A model generated the notes under the pieces. That model ran no database searches. It had not been told where the DNA came from and saw only the letters and a program-made list of their open reading frames with translations. The translations under genes and the position numbers were made by a program. A DNA stretch of 50,170 bases from positions 120,101,404-120,151,573 of the forward strand of contig NC_068983.1 of assembly GCF_001194135.2 (NCBI RefSeq), given 5' to 3'. Numbering within the stretch: the first letter of the stretch is position 1; every line of letters starts with the position of its first letter. Shown piece by piece: positions 1 through 11,989 of the stretch. This stretch comes from Octopus bimaculoides (Eukaryota).

Positions 1-239
1 GGCACATAAAAGACACCATTTCAAGCGTGGTCGTTTTCGTGCGGGTGACACGTAAAAGCACCCACTACACTCTCTGAGTGGTTGGCGTTAGGAAGGGCAT
101 CCAGCTGTAGAAACTCTGCCAAATTAGACTGGAGCCTGGTGTTGCCATCCGGTTTCACCAGTCCTCAGTCAAATCGTCCAACCCATGCTAGCATGGAAAG
201 CGGACGTTAAACGATGATGATGATGATGATGATGATGAT
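1..239 (+). mobile_element. Octopus-type SINE family A (OK-like), 3' part with (GAT)9 tail; CpG-rich, so probably young
   Basis: Contains the core gtggttggcgttaggaagggcatccagctgtagaaa, the end acccatgctagcatggaaagcggacgttaaac and (GAT)9 at 213-239. The same core recurs in decayed form many times in the window. The family name is from recall. Confidence 0.85.
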
Positions 240-1615
240 ATATATAAAGCAGCAGCTTAAAACCAGAAAACAAGTACATTTTGTAATTTCACCAGCTCGA
301 TTTCCATTTTACATTTAACTTCTGAATTTTTTTGCCCTAACAGGAGACATCATCAATCGATATCAGACAATATACAGGAAGAGTTTTGGTTCGTAATTGT
401 TGATATGAAGTAATAAGAAATTAAAATTGACATTACATTGTAGAATAGCCATTTTAGTTATCAAAAGTGCAAGAGGAAAAGAAAAAAAAGCTGTTATAAT
501 AAATTTCCATTTATTTTGTAAGATGTCAAAATTTTTAGCATACAACTGTGTCTAATCGCTGAAAGAATTTCACTGTAGCTATATGAATCATAGTTATTAG
601 AAAGATTTTTGTGTGTGTGTTTTCTTTTTTTTTTTTTTACCTTGTTGAACTTATTGATATGTATGAGTCTGTCGTGTAGTTGACATTGGTAATAACGAAA
701 TACTTTTGTTTTCATCTCGACAGAAAATTTATAGAATACATAGATATTATGTATCTATGATGTAAACCTAATAGATATCTCAAAATATATACAAAACACT
801 GAATTGGTTAAGAGATTTTCCTTTTTATTTACTGCAAATTTTAAAACGTTTCAATTCATTAAGATTCTGATAAAAAAAATTTTTTATTTAAAAATAATTG
901 CCAGCTTCTGAATAAGAAAGCATTGAAATCTAAAAACCATTTCTTTAAAAAATACAGAATAGAAAGGTAGAACACTTATTGCTTAAACGCTAAATACTTT
1001 ACTCTCCTACAATGTATGCTTCACTGTTTTTTACATTCCAAGCTTAAATCCCATTGAGGTTAGCTTTACCATTTATCCTTCTTGGAAGTGGAGGGAGGTC
1101 AATGAAATATGAATCAGCAATACAATGTAATTTAACTGACTATGTTCTCCTTTTCAAACTACTCCTTTAACATAACAAGATCATTAATAAAAATACAGTT
1201 AAACTATCATACTCTTCCACCCCCAACTTTGTGCACATACTTTCCTTTCCTAGCATATGCATATTAAAGAAACCCTCAACAATTTTAAATAATCAGAGCT
1301 GCAAGTACAATATTACAATGCCAATCACTTTATAGCATGTAGAGATCTTGTTTCATGCCACCAGTACTACTGAGATCACCATGTAGCCGGAAAGACCATG
1401 AAACTCCAAGGGGGATGATTTCACACCAGGAGATGAGAGGCTAAAATAAGAGAGGAATGAAAGCAGAACAAGTTTTGTTATACATACACATACCAGCATA
1501 CACACAGACACACACATGTATATATATATTCCATAGATACATGTATGCTTAATGTAATTCTCTAGTTGCATCAGTGCTGAGTTAAGTTACAAGGTTGGAC
1601 TTTTGAAGTACACAA

Positions 1616-1656
<41 letters not shown>
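1616..1656. repeat. (CA)n microsatellite
   Basis: Direct read. Confidence 0.95.
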
Positions 1657-1658
<2 letters not shown>

Positions 1659-1843
1659 CCAGAAGAATCAATCACAATATCGGATTGGTACTTTATTAGC
1701 CCTTAAATGGATGAAAATAAAGGGCCATAATGTTTATTGCATAGATTCAATATAATGTTCTAATGCCTCAGCCAAACTGCTGCCTATACACAAAATTACA
1801 GTTATACTGATGGAATGTTCTGTAAACTGAATTAACAATTTAC

Positions 1844-1884
1844 CTTCTTTTCGATGTTGGGTTTTCTCCAAGCTCAGACATCAT
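1844..1884 (-). CDS. Putative first coding segment MMSELGENPTSKR(+AG) inside a 74-nt exon (1844-1917); product unknown
   Basis: On the minus strand, acceptor ttttgtctttcag| at 1918-1930 and donor AG|gtaaat at 1838-1843. ATG ATG at 1884/1881 has A at -3. The frame is open to the donor (phase 2). No downstream exon was found in the window. Confidence 0.5.
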
Positions 1885-2173
1885 CCTGTTTTGGAATATT
1901 TCAAGTTAGATAGCATCCTGAAAGACAAAACATTAAACTATTAATATAGAACACTTTAACAACATATGCACATTCAAATGTTTGCTTAACAATGAAAATT
2001 AAAAACTACAAATTATAGCATAAACTATGCAAGAACGACTTATTGAGAAAATATTACAGAGACAAGTTACAAAAGAGTGATGTTTTACAAAGAAGTTGAA
2101 TGAATGAGAAGAAAATATTAATGTACATATAGTATACAATTACATGATAGACCCCAGAGAGGAGAACTGTCAC

Positions 2174-3650
2174 CTATGGCCTATCAAAAAATCCCACAAA
2201 TCTAAGATTATTGTAACTACTAAGGGCAAGTTCTCTCTCCCAGCTAAGTTCTTTACAGGCAACTACTGAGAGAAGGGCAGTACTTGCATACTTATCCACA
2301 CTCCTCACAAATTTACTAGAGGGTAGCACATCTCTTCCCACCATCTCCAAGGAGAACTTAGAAGTCATTGATGTTTTGTTTGAAGTAAAAAGTGACTGTA
2401 AAGTGTCTTTACATTTACATCTACTAAAGAACCCCCTATACTATTGCCACCAGACAAAGGAAAACTGCTTTCCTTTCCTAGCCAAAGTTTCATGATGGAT
2501 TCAGAGGTTAGTTGGCGCCATCCTACACATAACAGCAGCTGTTCAAAATAACCCCATAAGTCAGCAATGCTCAGATATTGAATAAGTATATGCAGAATGG
2601 TTTTGTCATTCTGTGCACATCAAGAAAAGGCCTTGCTTACAGCATTTCTGTGCCTGCAGAATTTATCAGACTGGAAATACTCTTTGGTAACAATGCCAAA
2701 CCAGAGATTTTTTTTTTTTTTTATAAGTTATTCATAATACCCTCGTGGGAGGTCTTTCAGAATACCCCAACCAGTTGATTATCATCACTATTCAGAATTT
2801 CCCTTAGAACATCACTATTCTTCCTCACCACTAGCTATGCTCTAGGCTACATTGTTTGACTGGTAGAAAACTTCAACAGCATTAAAGAGCCCAGCCTATG
2901 TCTTCATTAAACTACACCAAATAGATGAATTGCAGGAAAACATGCTTCACATATGACCATTAAGCTTGCTCACCATCCAGGAAGCTCTGTAGCTGCTTCA
3001 GCTTTAGCATATGTCTGTGCATCATCAACCTCAACATACTGAGCTCTCCACAAAGAGGCTGTTGATAGCAGATGAAACCCTTTCTGCAAGAATCAAATAA
3101 GCAGTCATTCAATACACCCTGTGACAAAGCACATTAATCAGGTGGTAATATGTAATGGAAGTGATGTCTGCGTCTTCCCTTTATTCAACCTTCCAGTTAC
3201 AGCTTTCTCTTAGCTCCACTAATTATAACTTCATCACAGTTCTTATCCACCTGGAGATCTGGACTGAATGAATCCTCCACTAACTTAATGAGTCTATCTG
3301 TCCAGTACCCAACTAGACTCACTGGCAGCAAGGATATGTTCCTTTAGAAGCCATGCTGCACACCCACCAACTTGTCAGGGTTGATTTTGGCTCTGTATCA
3401 CCACATTGTATTACTTCACAATGATGCTGACCATCTTGACCTTTATTGTTTTCAAAGCCATGCAGCATTACAATGGTGTCCACATATGCTGATATGGCTC
3501 CCCTATGCTCTTGTTCAAATGAGATGGCTATAAACACCTCTAGCGTACTCAGTAGTGGTTTCAGAGTCAGTACGTACACAATAGTTGAAAGAGGACACGC
3601 TTGACAGACTGTGATTTGAAACCATTCTGATTTGTTCAGACTGTCAAACC
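2174..3650 (-). mobile_element. 5'-truncated, decayed L1/Tx1-clade LINE (RT motifs to C-terminal zinc-knuckle region)
   Basis: Hand translation gives CQACPLSTIVYVLTLKPLL (QGCPLSP motif), ISAYVD at 3478-3495 (YADD), AKINPDK, QQPLCGELSML (GGLG-like) and *CAQNDKTILHILIQYLSIADLWGYFEQLL (decayed CxxC..ET..H..C..W). Many stops and frameshifts. End coordinates are approximate. Confidence 0.85.
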
Positions 3651-4149
3651 ACTGGTAATTATGTAAAATTTGTAAGGTAAGGTTACATTTCTGTTACTGA
3701 AACAAGGTAGTATGATCTAAGACAACAACTAACTAAATGAGATCAAATCATGAGTACATGTTGGAAGGTTAATGGCGCCAACATTGAGTTACTTATTCAT
3801 CTTTTCTCCTCAAACTAGACTCTCTTTTATAATCAATAGCATATTTTATTTATTGTTCATTATCCAATCTTTTATTACTTTCATATCAAGAATGTTCAGG
3901 AAGATAGGTTAGGCCAACAGCATTGATCTTTTGATTGCCTACGTATTTGTGTACAACCTGTGTCCCACTCATCCCTTTCTTCTGGTCCTCAATTATTTAT
4001 CTTCCCTTTAAATACCAGTCTGTATTTCAAACCTATTATCATAACTACACAACTGTAATTACAAGGTAGGTAGGCAGGTAGATGTCTGCCTGCCTACATT
4101 TGGGCCCCTCACAGTCATTATGTTTATATTAAGTCTTCATCTTCTGTTC

Positions 4150-4660
4150 TCCCTTTCTCTTCACTATTATCATTCACTATCAATGTTCCTTCCTGCTATC
4201 ACTCTACCTATCATTTTATCATACTAGCTTGTGTAACAAGGGATGGCATCCAATTGGATCTGTCCATATTCAAGCCAATTTTTTAATCACCTGTCACATT
4301 ATTGCGAGTCTCTCCTTTATCTCTCATTATTGACATCTCTCAAACTCAGTCATTTATGACTGTCATCCATCACTCATATCACATTACTCCCTCCTCTACC
4401 ATCTATTGTTGGCATCCATCATCACTCAGTCTCATGATTTTCTTCCTCTTCTATCACTCATTATGTCCTACTCTGCCACTCACTGTTGAAATTCAACCAC
4501 TTTCTTCCTCTCACTTCCAGTACTCACTTCTATTACCCTGCCTCCTTATCACTCTCTCTTTCTCTAGCACATTACTCATGCTTTTTCAGTTCAATCTCCT
4601 CAACAATCATTATTAGTTGTCTCTGTCTCTCTTTCTCCTCTCACTCCTGCTACCAGTCTG
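4150..4660. repeat. Pyrimidine-rich low-complexity tract
   Basis: C/T-dominated and G-poor. It generates the Ser/Leu/His-rich ORFs 4302-4616 and 4486-4782. Confidence 0.6.
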
Positions 4661-5329
4661 GCTCACTCCCCATCCAGTTGTGTATAAAGAAAGACAGCAA
4701 TGAACAAATGGAGACAATACAAGGAAGAGAAGACTCTAGTCTTGACAAGGACAAAGCAACTGCTCTAGCACTGGCTCCATAGTAAAATGCACCAGTATAT
4801 ATTCTGTAAAGAGATTGGCAACATGAAGGGCATTCTGTCAGAGAAACCATGCCGAAAATGGTATCTGTGAGTGAGATGCAACTTCCAACCTATCAAGGAA
4901 TAAGAACTGACTTAGGTCATGACAATTCATCCAACCCATTCCATCATAGAAAAGTACACAAAAATAATTGTCAATCGAACAATATAACTTATCTATTTAT
5001 ATTCAACTGTCAACAGTAGAATATAATACTTATCAGTTATTTATCTCAAATATCTAAGTTATGATTTTCAAAGCTGCAAAAAGAGAAAAAGTACTATGTT
5101 AAAAGACTAATGGAAAATAACATGGACACACACTAGTAAATGCATTTAATAATATAGTTAACAATGTAATGCTATACATAATACATATGTGGGAATATTC
5201 ACAGAATATCTAACCCACTAACACTTGTATTTAGGTCTACTTATACAGTTATTAACTTATTTTTATTTGGGCTAATATGTTCAATATTTATCTTACTTCT
5301 AGTTATTCTTTCTCTTATTCTGTGTACAC

Positions 5330-5670
5330 CACACTGCAATGTAGTGATGCCATATGTCCACCAACACTAGAATGTGCTAAATATTGCATGTTCCTTCCTA
5401 CAATGCATGTCCATCATATCAACGAAGTAACATCATGTCACATGTCCATCGTACCACAATGTAGTGACATAACATGTTCACCCAACCACAACCTACTGAG
5501 ATCACTTCCACTGTACCAAGATATAATATCTCAAATCCACCACACCCCAAATATAGAGATGCTCACATTTCCACCACACTACAATACAGAGACATTACAT
5601 ATCCACAACACAAAGCGAAATCCCCTTTCCAACACAGTGCCATGTGACATATTTAATATGTCCCATTAGT
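5330..5670. repeat. Degenerate tandem array of CAC-rich units (recurring ccacaatgtagtga / catgt motifs)
   Basis: caatgtagtga occurs near 5337 and 5457, cactacaat near 5576, and ccacac/catgt motifs recur. Explains ORF 5277-5669. Confidence 0.5.
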
Positions 5671-5899
5671 CTCCTTGATATCGGAAGTATGTTATGCAAC
5701 AACAATAAAGTGAATTATCACAAGATATTTCATCACAACCTTCACCTGATTACAGCTAATACCCCCATAATCTCCCTATATTTCTTCAGTAATCTTAATC
5801 TTCCCTTTCATTATGTTGCATGAACTCAATGCTTAGGTAGTTTCTCACCCCACAAAAATGTGCTAGCTTTCAAATCCTTTCTTCTTTGTCACTCTAGAC

Positions 5900-6225
5900 C
5901 AGTGATTCTCAACCATTTTTTTTTTTTTTAAACTATGGTCCCCTTTGATTACTACTTCATTCTGGCAAACCCCCAAAGCCATTCAATGTTTAAAAACAAG
6001 TTTTATAGATACTTCTTTCAAAATTCCTACTTCATTTTTCACACGTTAACTTGTGTAGATTGAACTACGTAAAACATCAGAGAAAGAAACCTAGTTGTTT
6101 CTTGCAATAAATACATCTAAAGTAACATTTTTTCATGGACCCTGAAAATACTACTGTGGACCCAATTTACTATACTGTTTGTGTGGACCTCCAAAGGTCA
6201 TATGGAGCCCAGTTGAGAGCCACTG
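5900..6225. mobile_element. hAT (Charlie-like) MITE, 326 bp
   Basis: TIRs CAGTGATTCTCAAC and GTTGAGAGCCACTG. 8-bp TSD ctctagac (5892-5899) and ctctagat (6226-6233), which fits the NTCTAGAN target known for Charlie-type hATs. Confidence 0.9.
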
Positions 6226-6550
6226 CTCTAGATTGTTACCACACACATACGAACTGTACATTTAACCACACCTATGACACAGCTGGACACACTTTTTCTA
6301 CAAATACATTAATATATATGAATTACTTTATTGATTCTGCTTGAAAATCCATTTTTTCCTCAGTTCATTTAGATTCTCTTTAAATACATCCCCAGCCAGA
6401 TTTTACTACCAAACATTAACCAATTCACATATAACCATCAATATTTATTCATTCCTTCAGAAGTTCTCCAGCGATACATCATTCCTTGTCATTCATACAT
6501 TGTTTTTTCCTTCTTCAAACAAAACTGATAACATAAAAATAGTTGACTAC

Positions 6551-6947
6551 ATGTGCAGGTGTGGATGTGTGATATGAAGCTTGCTTCCGAACCACATGGT
6601 TCCAGCTTCAGCCCCACTGCATGGCACCTTGGGCAAGTGTCTACTACTTTAGCCTCGGGCCAACCAAAGCCTTGTGAGTGGATTTGATAGATGGAAACTG
6701 AATGAATCCCATCGTACATGTGTGCGTGTGTGTGTGACTGTTTGTCCTACCATCACTTCTTGACAACTGGTGGTGGTGTGTTTATGTTTCCATAACTTAG
6801 CAGTTCAGCAAAAGCAACTGATAAAATAAGTGCCAAGCTTTAAAAAATAAATACTGTGATCGATACATTTGACTAAAAATTCTTCAAGGCGGTGCCCCAG
6901 CATGACCTCAGTCTAATAACTGAAAAAAAGTCAAAGATAAAAGATAT
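6551..6947 (+). mobile_element. tRNA-derived SINE family C (OR-like), near full length
   Basis: tRNA-like head followed by ggcaccttgggcaagtgtct...ccaaagccttgtgagtggattt, an internal (TG)n, and a ...aaagataaaagata tail. Confidence 0.85.
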
Positions 6948-7294
6948 AGAGCCTGGCATTCTTCTGCACACCTTTTACAGACATTGCAAAATCTTGCTTC
7001 AGTTCCTATGAACTTTTGCTGGTGCACAACATTACACTTCATATCTAAGCAACATACACATCATCATCATCATTATTCAATGTCCAGTTTTCCATGCTTG
7101 CATGGATCACAGTTTATCTGAGGCAGATTTCTACAGCTGGATGCTCTTTCTGTTACCAACCTTCACCTGTTTCCAAGCAATGTAATATTTCCTCCATGGC
7201 TAAATGTGTTCTCGCAAAAATATTGGGATAGCATGACCCTGCATATGAGATAGGGACACTCATTTACAACTATCATGCACTGTTAAGACAAGGA

Positions 7295-7530
7295 GACACA
7301 AACACAAATACGCATCACACACACACACATGGCAGGCTTCTTTCAGTTTCTGTCTTCTAGTTATTCTTTCTCTTATTCTGTGTACACTGCACCACAATGA
7401 AGTGATGCCATATATCCACTAACACCAGAATGTGGCAACCATGGCATATTGGCCCAGGGTTATAGCCAAAAGGTTCCATGCAGTGGAACTGAGCCCAGAA
7501 CCATGTGGTTTGGGAAGTAAACTTAATACA
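7295..7530 (-). mobile_element. SINE family C 5' half, interrupted by an 81-bp local insertion
   Basis: Reverse complement of the family C head and core. Foreign sequence at 7354-7434. Confidence 0.75.
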
Positions 7531-8454
7531 CATCTATGCTTGAGCCTAACAGACATATTGTATGAAAAGCAAAAGTTCTAAATTTTAGTCTGCCTTTTAG
7601 TATTTATTGGGATATCTAATTTATTTCTATAGATACAAACCAGAAGCAGATATTACTTAGATCCAAGAGAGAGACCTGATCCAGTAGAATATGATCAAAA
7701 AATGTTTCAGCTGTAATACATCAAAACTTCTTTTTAGACATAGTGGTGTTAAGCAGCAGTACTTTGGAGAGGGTTTACTGGCATGACTGTAGGATTAAGA
7801 AGTTCACTTTGCAATCAAGGAATACGGGAGATTGACCCCACAGTATGGCACCTTAGGCAAGCTTCTCCTATCAGAGTTTCAGGTTAATACAAGCTTTGTG
7901 ACTGGATTGCATAGAAAGATTGTACATATTCTTGCATGGTGCATTTATAAAGCAAATGCTTTAGCATCACAATCATAACTTTGGCACAACTATTGTAGTC
8001 ATCCATAAATAATTTTCTCTCATCTTTGTACTAATCATGAAGGATCTGTAAAGATCATGGGTACCACCTTTTCTTTTCTAACTAAGTGATGGGGCCATAA
8101 AAAATTCTAAAACAACATTATCCAATATGTTCTACCATTTTAAAATGAGTGTAGCTGGAGGGTAGCTTGACTGCCATTTCTAGCAGATTAAGTGTCCATG
8201 TGTGCAAAGGTTCTTTCATTAACTCTCAAGAAATAGAGTATCCACATATCATTAACCCAGCCACCACAATCATAAAGTAGCTATTTATATGACAATCATG
8301 CCCCTATACTGTTATGACACCCTTCCTCATCATCAGATGGACAAAGAGTGAGCCTCAGACTGGGCATTAAAGTGAAGGTTAACTAAGGTGTGAGGCTCTT
8401 AAAGTGTGGCCAGTATATCAGGATCTCAAATAATACAACTGAATTATCCTCCTC

Positions 8455-8900
8455 ATCATCATTGTCATTTAATGCCCATTTTCCATGCTGGCATGGGTTG
8501 GATGGTTTGACAGAAGCTAGCAAACCAGAAGACTGCACCAGGCTTCACTGTCCGTTTTAGCATAGTTTTTACAGCTGGACACCCTTCCTAATGCCAACCA
8601 CCTTACTGAGAGGACTGAGTGCTTTTTACATGAAACCAGCACCAGTAAGGTCTGTCTTGACATGGTTTTTTATGGCTGGATGCTCTTCCTAATGCCAACC
8701 ACTTTACAATTTGAGCTGGATGCTTTTTGATACAGTGCCAGCATTGGTGGGGTCACCATGTAACTTGCAAGACAAAGATCCTTTAAGAGGTGGGGTACTG
8801 GAGGAGGTGGCCTTGTGCCAGATGATGAGAGGTTACAGTGTGACAGAGGGACAGGAACAGGTGTCTTGCTGTAGAGGATATACATTGTCCTAAGTAGAGG
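8455..8900 (-). mobile_element. SINE family A with its core module present twice
   Basis: cttcctaatgccaaccac occurs at about 8585 and 8685. The (CAT)n tail remnant is at the left end. Confidence 0.75.
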
Positions 8901-9589
8901 AGATACATATATGTAAGTAACAAATATTTATAAATAAATATTCCTTAAGCACTATGAGATCTAACAGCCAAGGATTAAGTCTGGTTTCAGGATATGACGT
9001 GAATTAAAGATAAATCTTCCTCTGGGTAAGATGTTGGCCTAATGCATGTAACATTTTCAAACAATTTGGTGTACTTATTGCTGGTAGCCATGTGGAATTG
9101 AGGTATTGTTAACTAAAGTGTTCAGCCCAAAAAGATAATGAAATATCTGCTACCCACACAAGAACTTTCTATCCAGGAGGCTATATAAATTTCTTGCTTA
9201 ACACTCTAGAATGTGACGAGAACTCTAGTTACATGAACCAAAACTGACTCCAATAAAATAAGAAATAACATTATTTGACTTGGCAGTGAGAATATGGAAA
9301 TTATCAACATTTTTTGCACATAAAACGATCTTCTCTTTTTAGAAGGAGGTTTTCTGAAACTACAAAAACAAAAAAAAAAACCTGCAAATTTCATCAACGT
9401 TTTATATGGCAACACTCCAGGTGTAGTGTGTAAAGCTATTTATTCATCTATTTATTTTATATTTCAATTTGTGAACAATAAAATTGTCAGTAACAGAGTT
9501 AATCACTGGGTCATTGCATTTCTGACACTGAGATTGTCAAGACATGGTCTAATTCAATACAATAAATATTTCAAAGTATTCTAAGCCAC

Positions 9590-10290
9590 TGACTTACTAG
9601 GACATAAACAAACCAACACCAGTTGTCAAATGATGGTCAAGGACAAATACACACACACATGATGGACTTCTTTCAGCATCCATCTGCCAAACCAACTCAC
9701 AAGGCTTTGGTTAGCCTGGGGCTATCGTAAAAGACACTTCTTCAAGGTGCCATGCAGTAGGACAGAATCTTGAGCCATGTGGCTAGGAAACAAATATCAA
9801 CAAAATATTAATAGTTACACTTCAATTATTAAAAATTTGGTACTCTAAATTTCCAAATAAAGTCATTACAATAAAAATCATGGTCTCTATGTACTTCTTG
9901 CATGTCTATACATATTCCATCTTTCACTTGTTTCAGTCATTGGACTGCAGCAATGCTGGGGCACCACTTTGAAGAATTTTTAGTCAAATGAACTTTTTTT
10001 AAAGCCTGGTACTTATTCCATCAGTCTGTTTTGCTGGACAGAAACACACAAACACCAGTTGTCAAGCAGTGGTGGGGGACAAAGACACACACACACGTAT
10101 GTGTGTGTGTGTGTGTGTGTGTGTGTCTATATACACAATGGGTTTCTTTCATTTTCCATCAACCAAGTCTACTCACAAAGCTTTGGTTGGCCTGACACTA
10201 TAGTAAAAGACACTTGCCCAAGGTGTCACACAGTGAGACTGAACCTGGAACCATGTGGTTGGGAAGCAAGCTTCTTACCACAGAGCCATG
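9590..10290 (-). mobile_element. Two SINE family C copies (about 9590-9795 partial and 9915-10290)
   Basis: Reverse-complement matches to the family C core (ctcacaaggctttggt, gacacttgcccaaggtg, gaaccatgtggtt). Confidence 0.8.
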
Positions 10291-11989
10291 CCTGCACCTA
10301 TATATTGAGTTATGAGATAAATTTGTTTTTTTTTCATTTCCATTTGTTTTAATCCTTCCCAATGTCACTTGAATTAACAAGAGAAATATTTTATCATAGT
10401 ATTTTCAGGTGTTCTTTTAATAAATAGTTTTCCTCTACAATTTTTTATTTTTATTTAAAAAAAAATTTTTTTTTTACAAAATACAATTCATATCTTTTCA
10501 GACATGATGACGGAGTGCCAAGTAGAAAACAAAAATGAATTAATTTATCTGAACAACCCAATAAAAGCATCCACATAGATAGTCTACAAAATTCCTATGA
10601 CATTAGGTTATGGTAAAAGGTATCTGCCCATGGTGCCACACAGTAGGATCAAACCTGGAACCACTTGAGTCACAAAACAATCTCTTTAGCTTAACAGCTA
10701 CATTTACTTTCAAATATGTGAGTGTCAGTATTGTACTTCCTACAGCTGGATGAATAACCTAGGAAATATAAATACTTATGTAGTCTGCTGTACAAATTAA
10801 CCGTGTGTAGCCAACCAATACATGGTTACTTACAACAAACATTTAAAAAAGCTCTTGGTTAAATAATTAAGATTTAGTTTCCTTATGTTAGTTGTACCTT
10901 TCCTTCAGCACTACTACACTATAAATAGAGTACCTTAGCTGGTTAGCACAAGAATTTATTACTAAACAACTAACCAAGTCAACAAAGGAACCTTGACATG
11001 GGCTTTATCTGCTAGAAATAGAAGCAAAATCTCCTTCAAATTACACCCGGAAGGACATTGAATATAGTTTTAGATTCACTGGTTAAAAGAAGTTATGATG
11101 GTTATCAACTGTAACATCTTGGATCAGATGTCTGACGGGGGAAGGAGGGGTGGGGTCAAACAAAAACTAAAATACTTGCCTCAGTTATGTACTTTTATTT
11201 TTGATACATGAAATACAGGTAGAATTTTGAATATTTTTGTGATATGGGAAGTAAATATATTTAATCTACAAGAATGAAATATGATACATATAAGTATAGT
11301 AGTATAGAAGACAATAGCTGTCTCAGCAGCCCAGGAGAATTAAAACACTGCAAAAATCTGGTGTACTTTAGTGGAGAGAAAAATCTAACAGTAGGACACT
11401 GGGTTTGCATCAGTGTTAATAAATTTAAAAATCTATTCCTCTTTCCCCAGAGTTATGCAAATGGCAGCATGTTTAATTGACAAGCAAGTGATATGTGGTT
11501 CAATTTATATCAGTGGTTCTGTTGTTGTTTGTTATTTAGCCCAAGGTCAGCTCTAAAACAGCAGACCTATGATCAAACACTTATTAATCATTAACTTATT
11601 TTTACTTATTTATTTATTTTGTTATTTCAGACAGAGAGTATCTAGTACTTTAATATCCAATGTAACTTTGTTTTTAAATTGAAGGTGTGATTTGAGGAAG
11701 ACTTTACTAGTGTTTCTAACCACATGCATGTTCCTTTGTTGGTTTAGTAGATTTCTTATTTTAAAGAGTAATGAAGTGTCTTATAAATTCGCAATTCAAA
11801 TTCAGTTAGGATAGAATTTCCTTCCATTGATGGTCAACAAAATAAATACCAATCAACTACTGAAGTTGAAGTAATTGAACCTAGTATTGGATTGGTACTG
11901 TTTTATGTCTCTAGAAGTTATGTTTAGGTAGAGGCAGCTGACTTCATGGTATTGTTTATATTTGATACTTTCAGAAAACTAAATAAGGT

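Noticed and set aside
2620-2622. In-frame TGA next to Cys as possible selenocysteine, or stop codons rescued by RNA editing
   Set aside because: It lies in a LINE with many other stops and frameshifts. CGA-to-TGA deamination is the simpler explanation.
8991-9025. Plus-strand 35-nt exon-like segment (ctaac, tttcag|, |gtaaga)
   Set aside because: All frames are closed, intervening AGs lie after the branch motif, and it is antisense to the preferred model.
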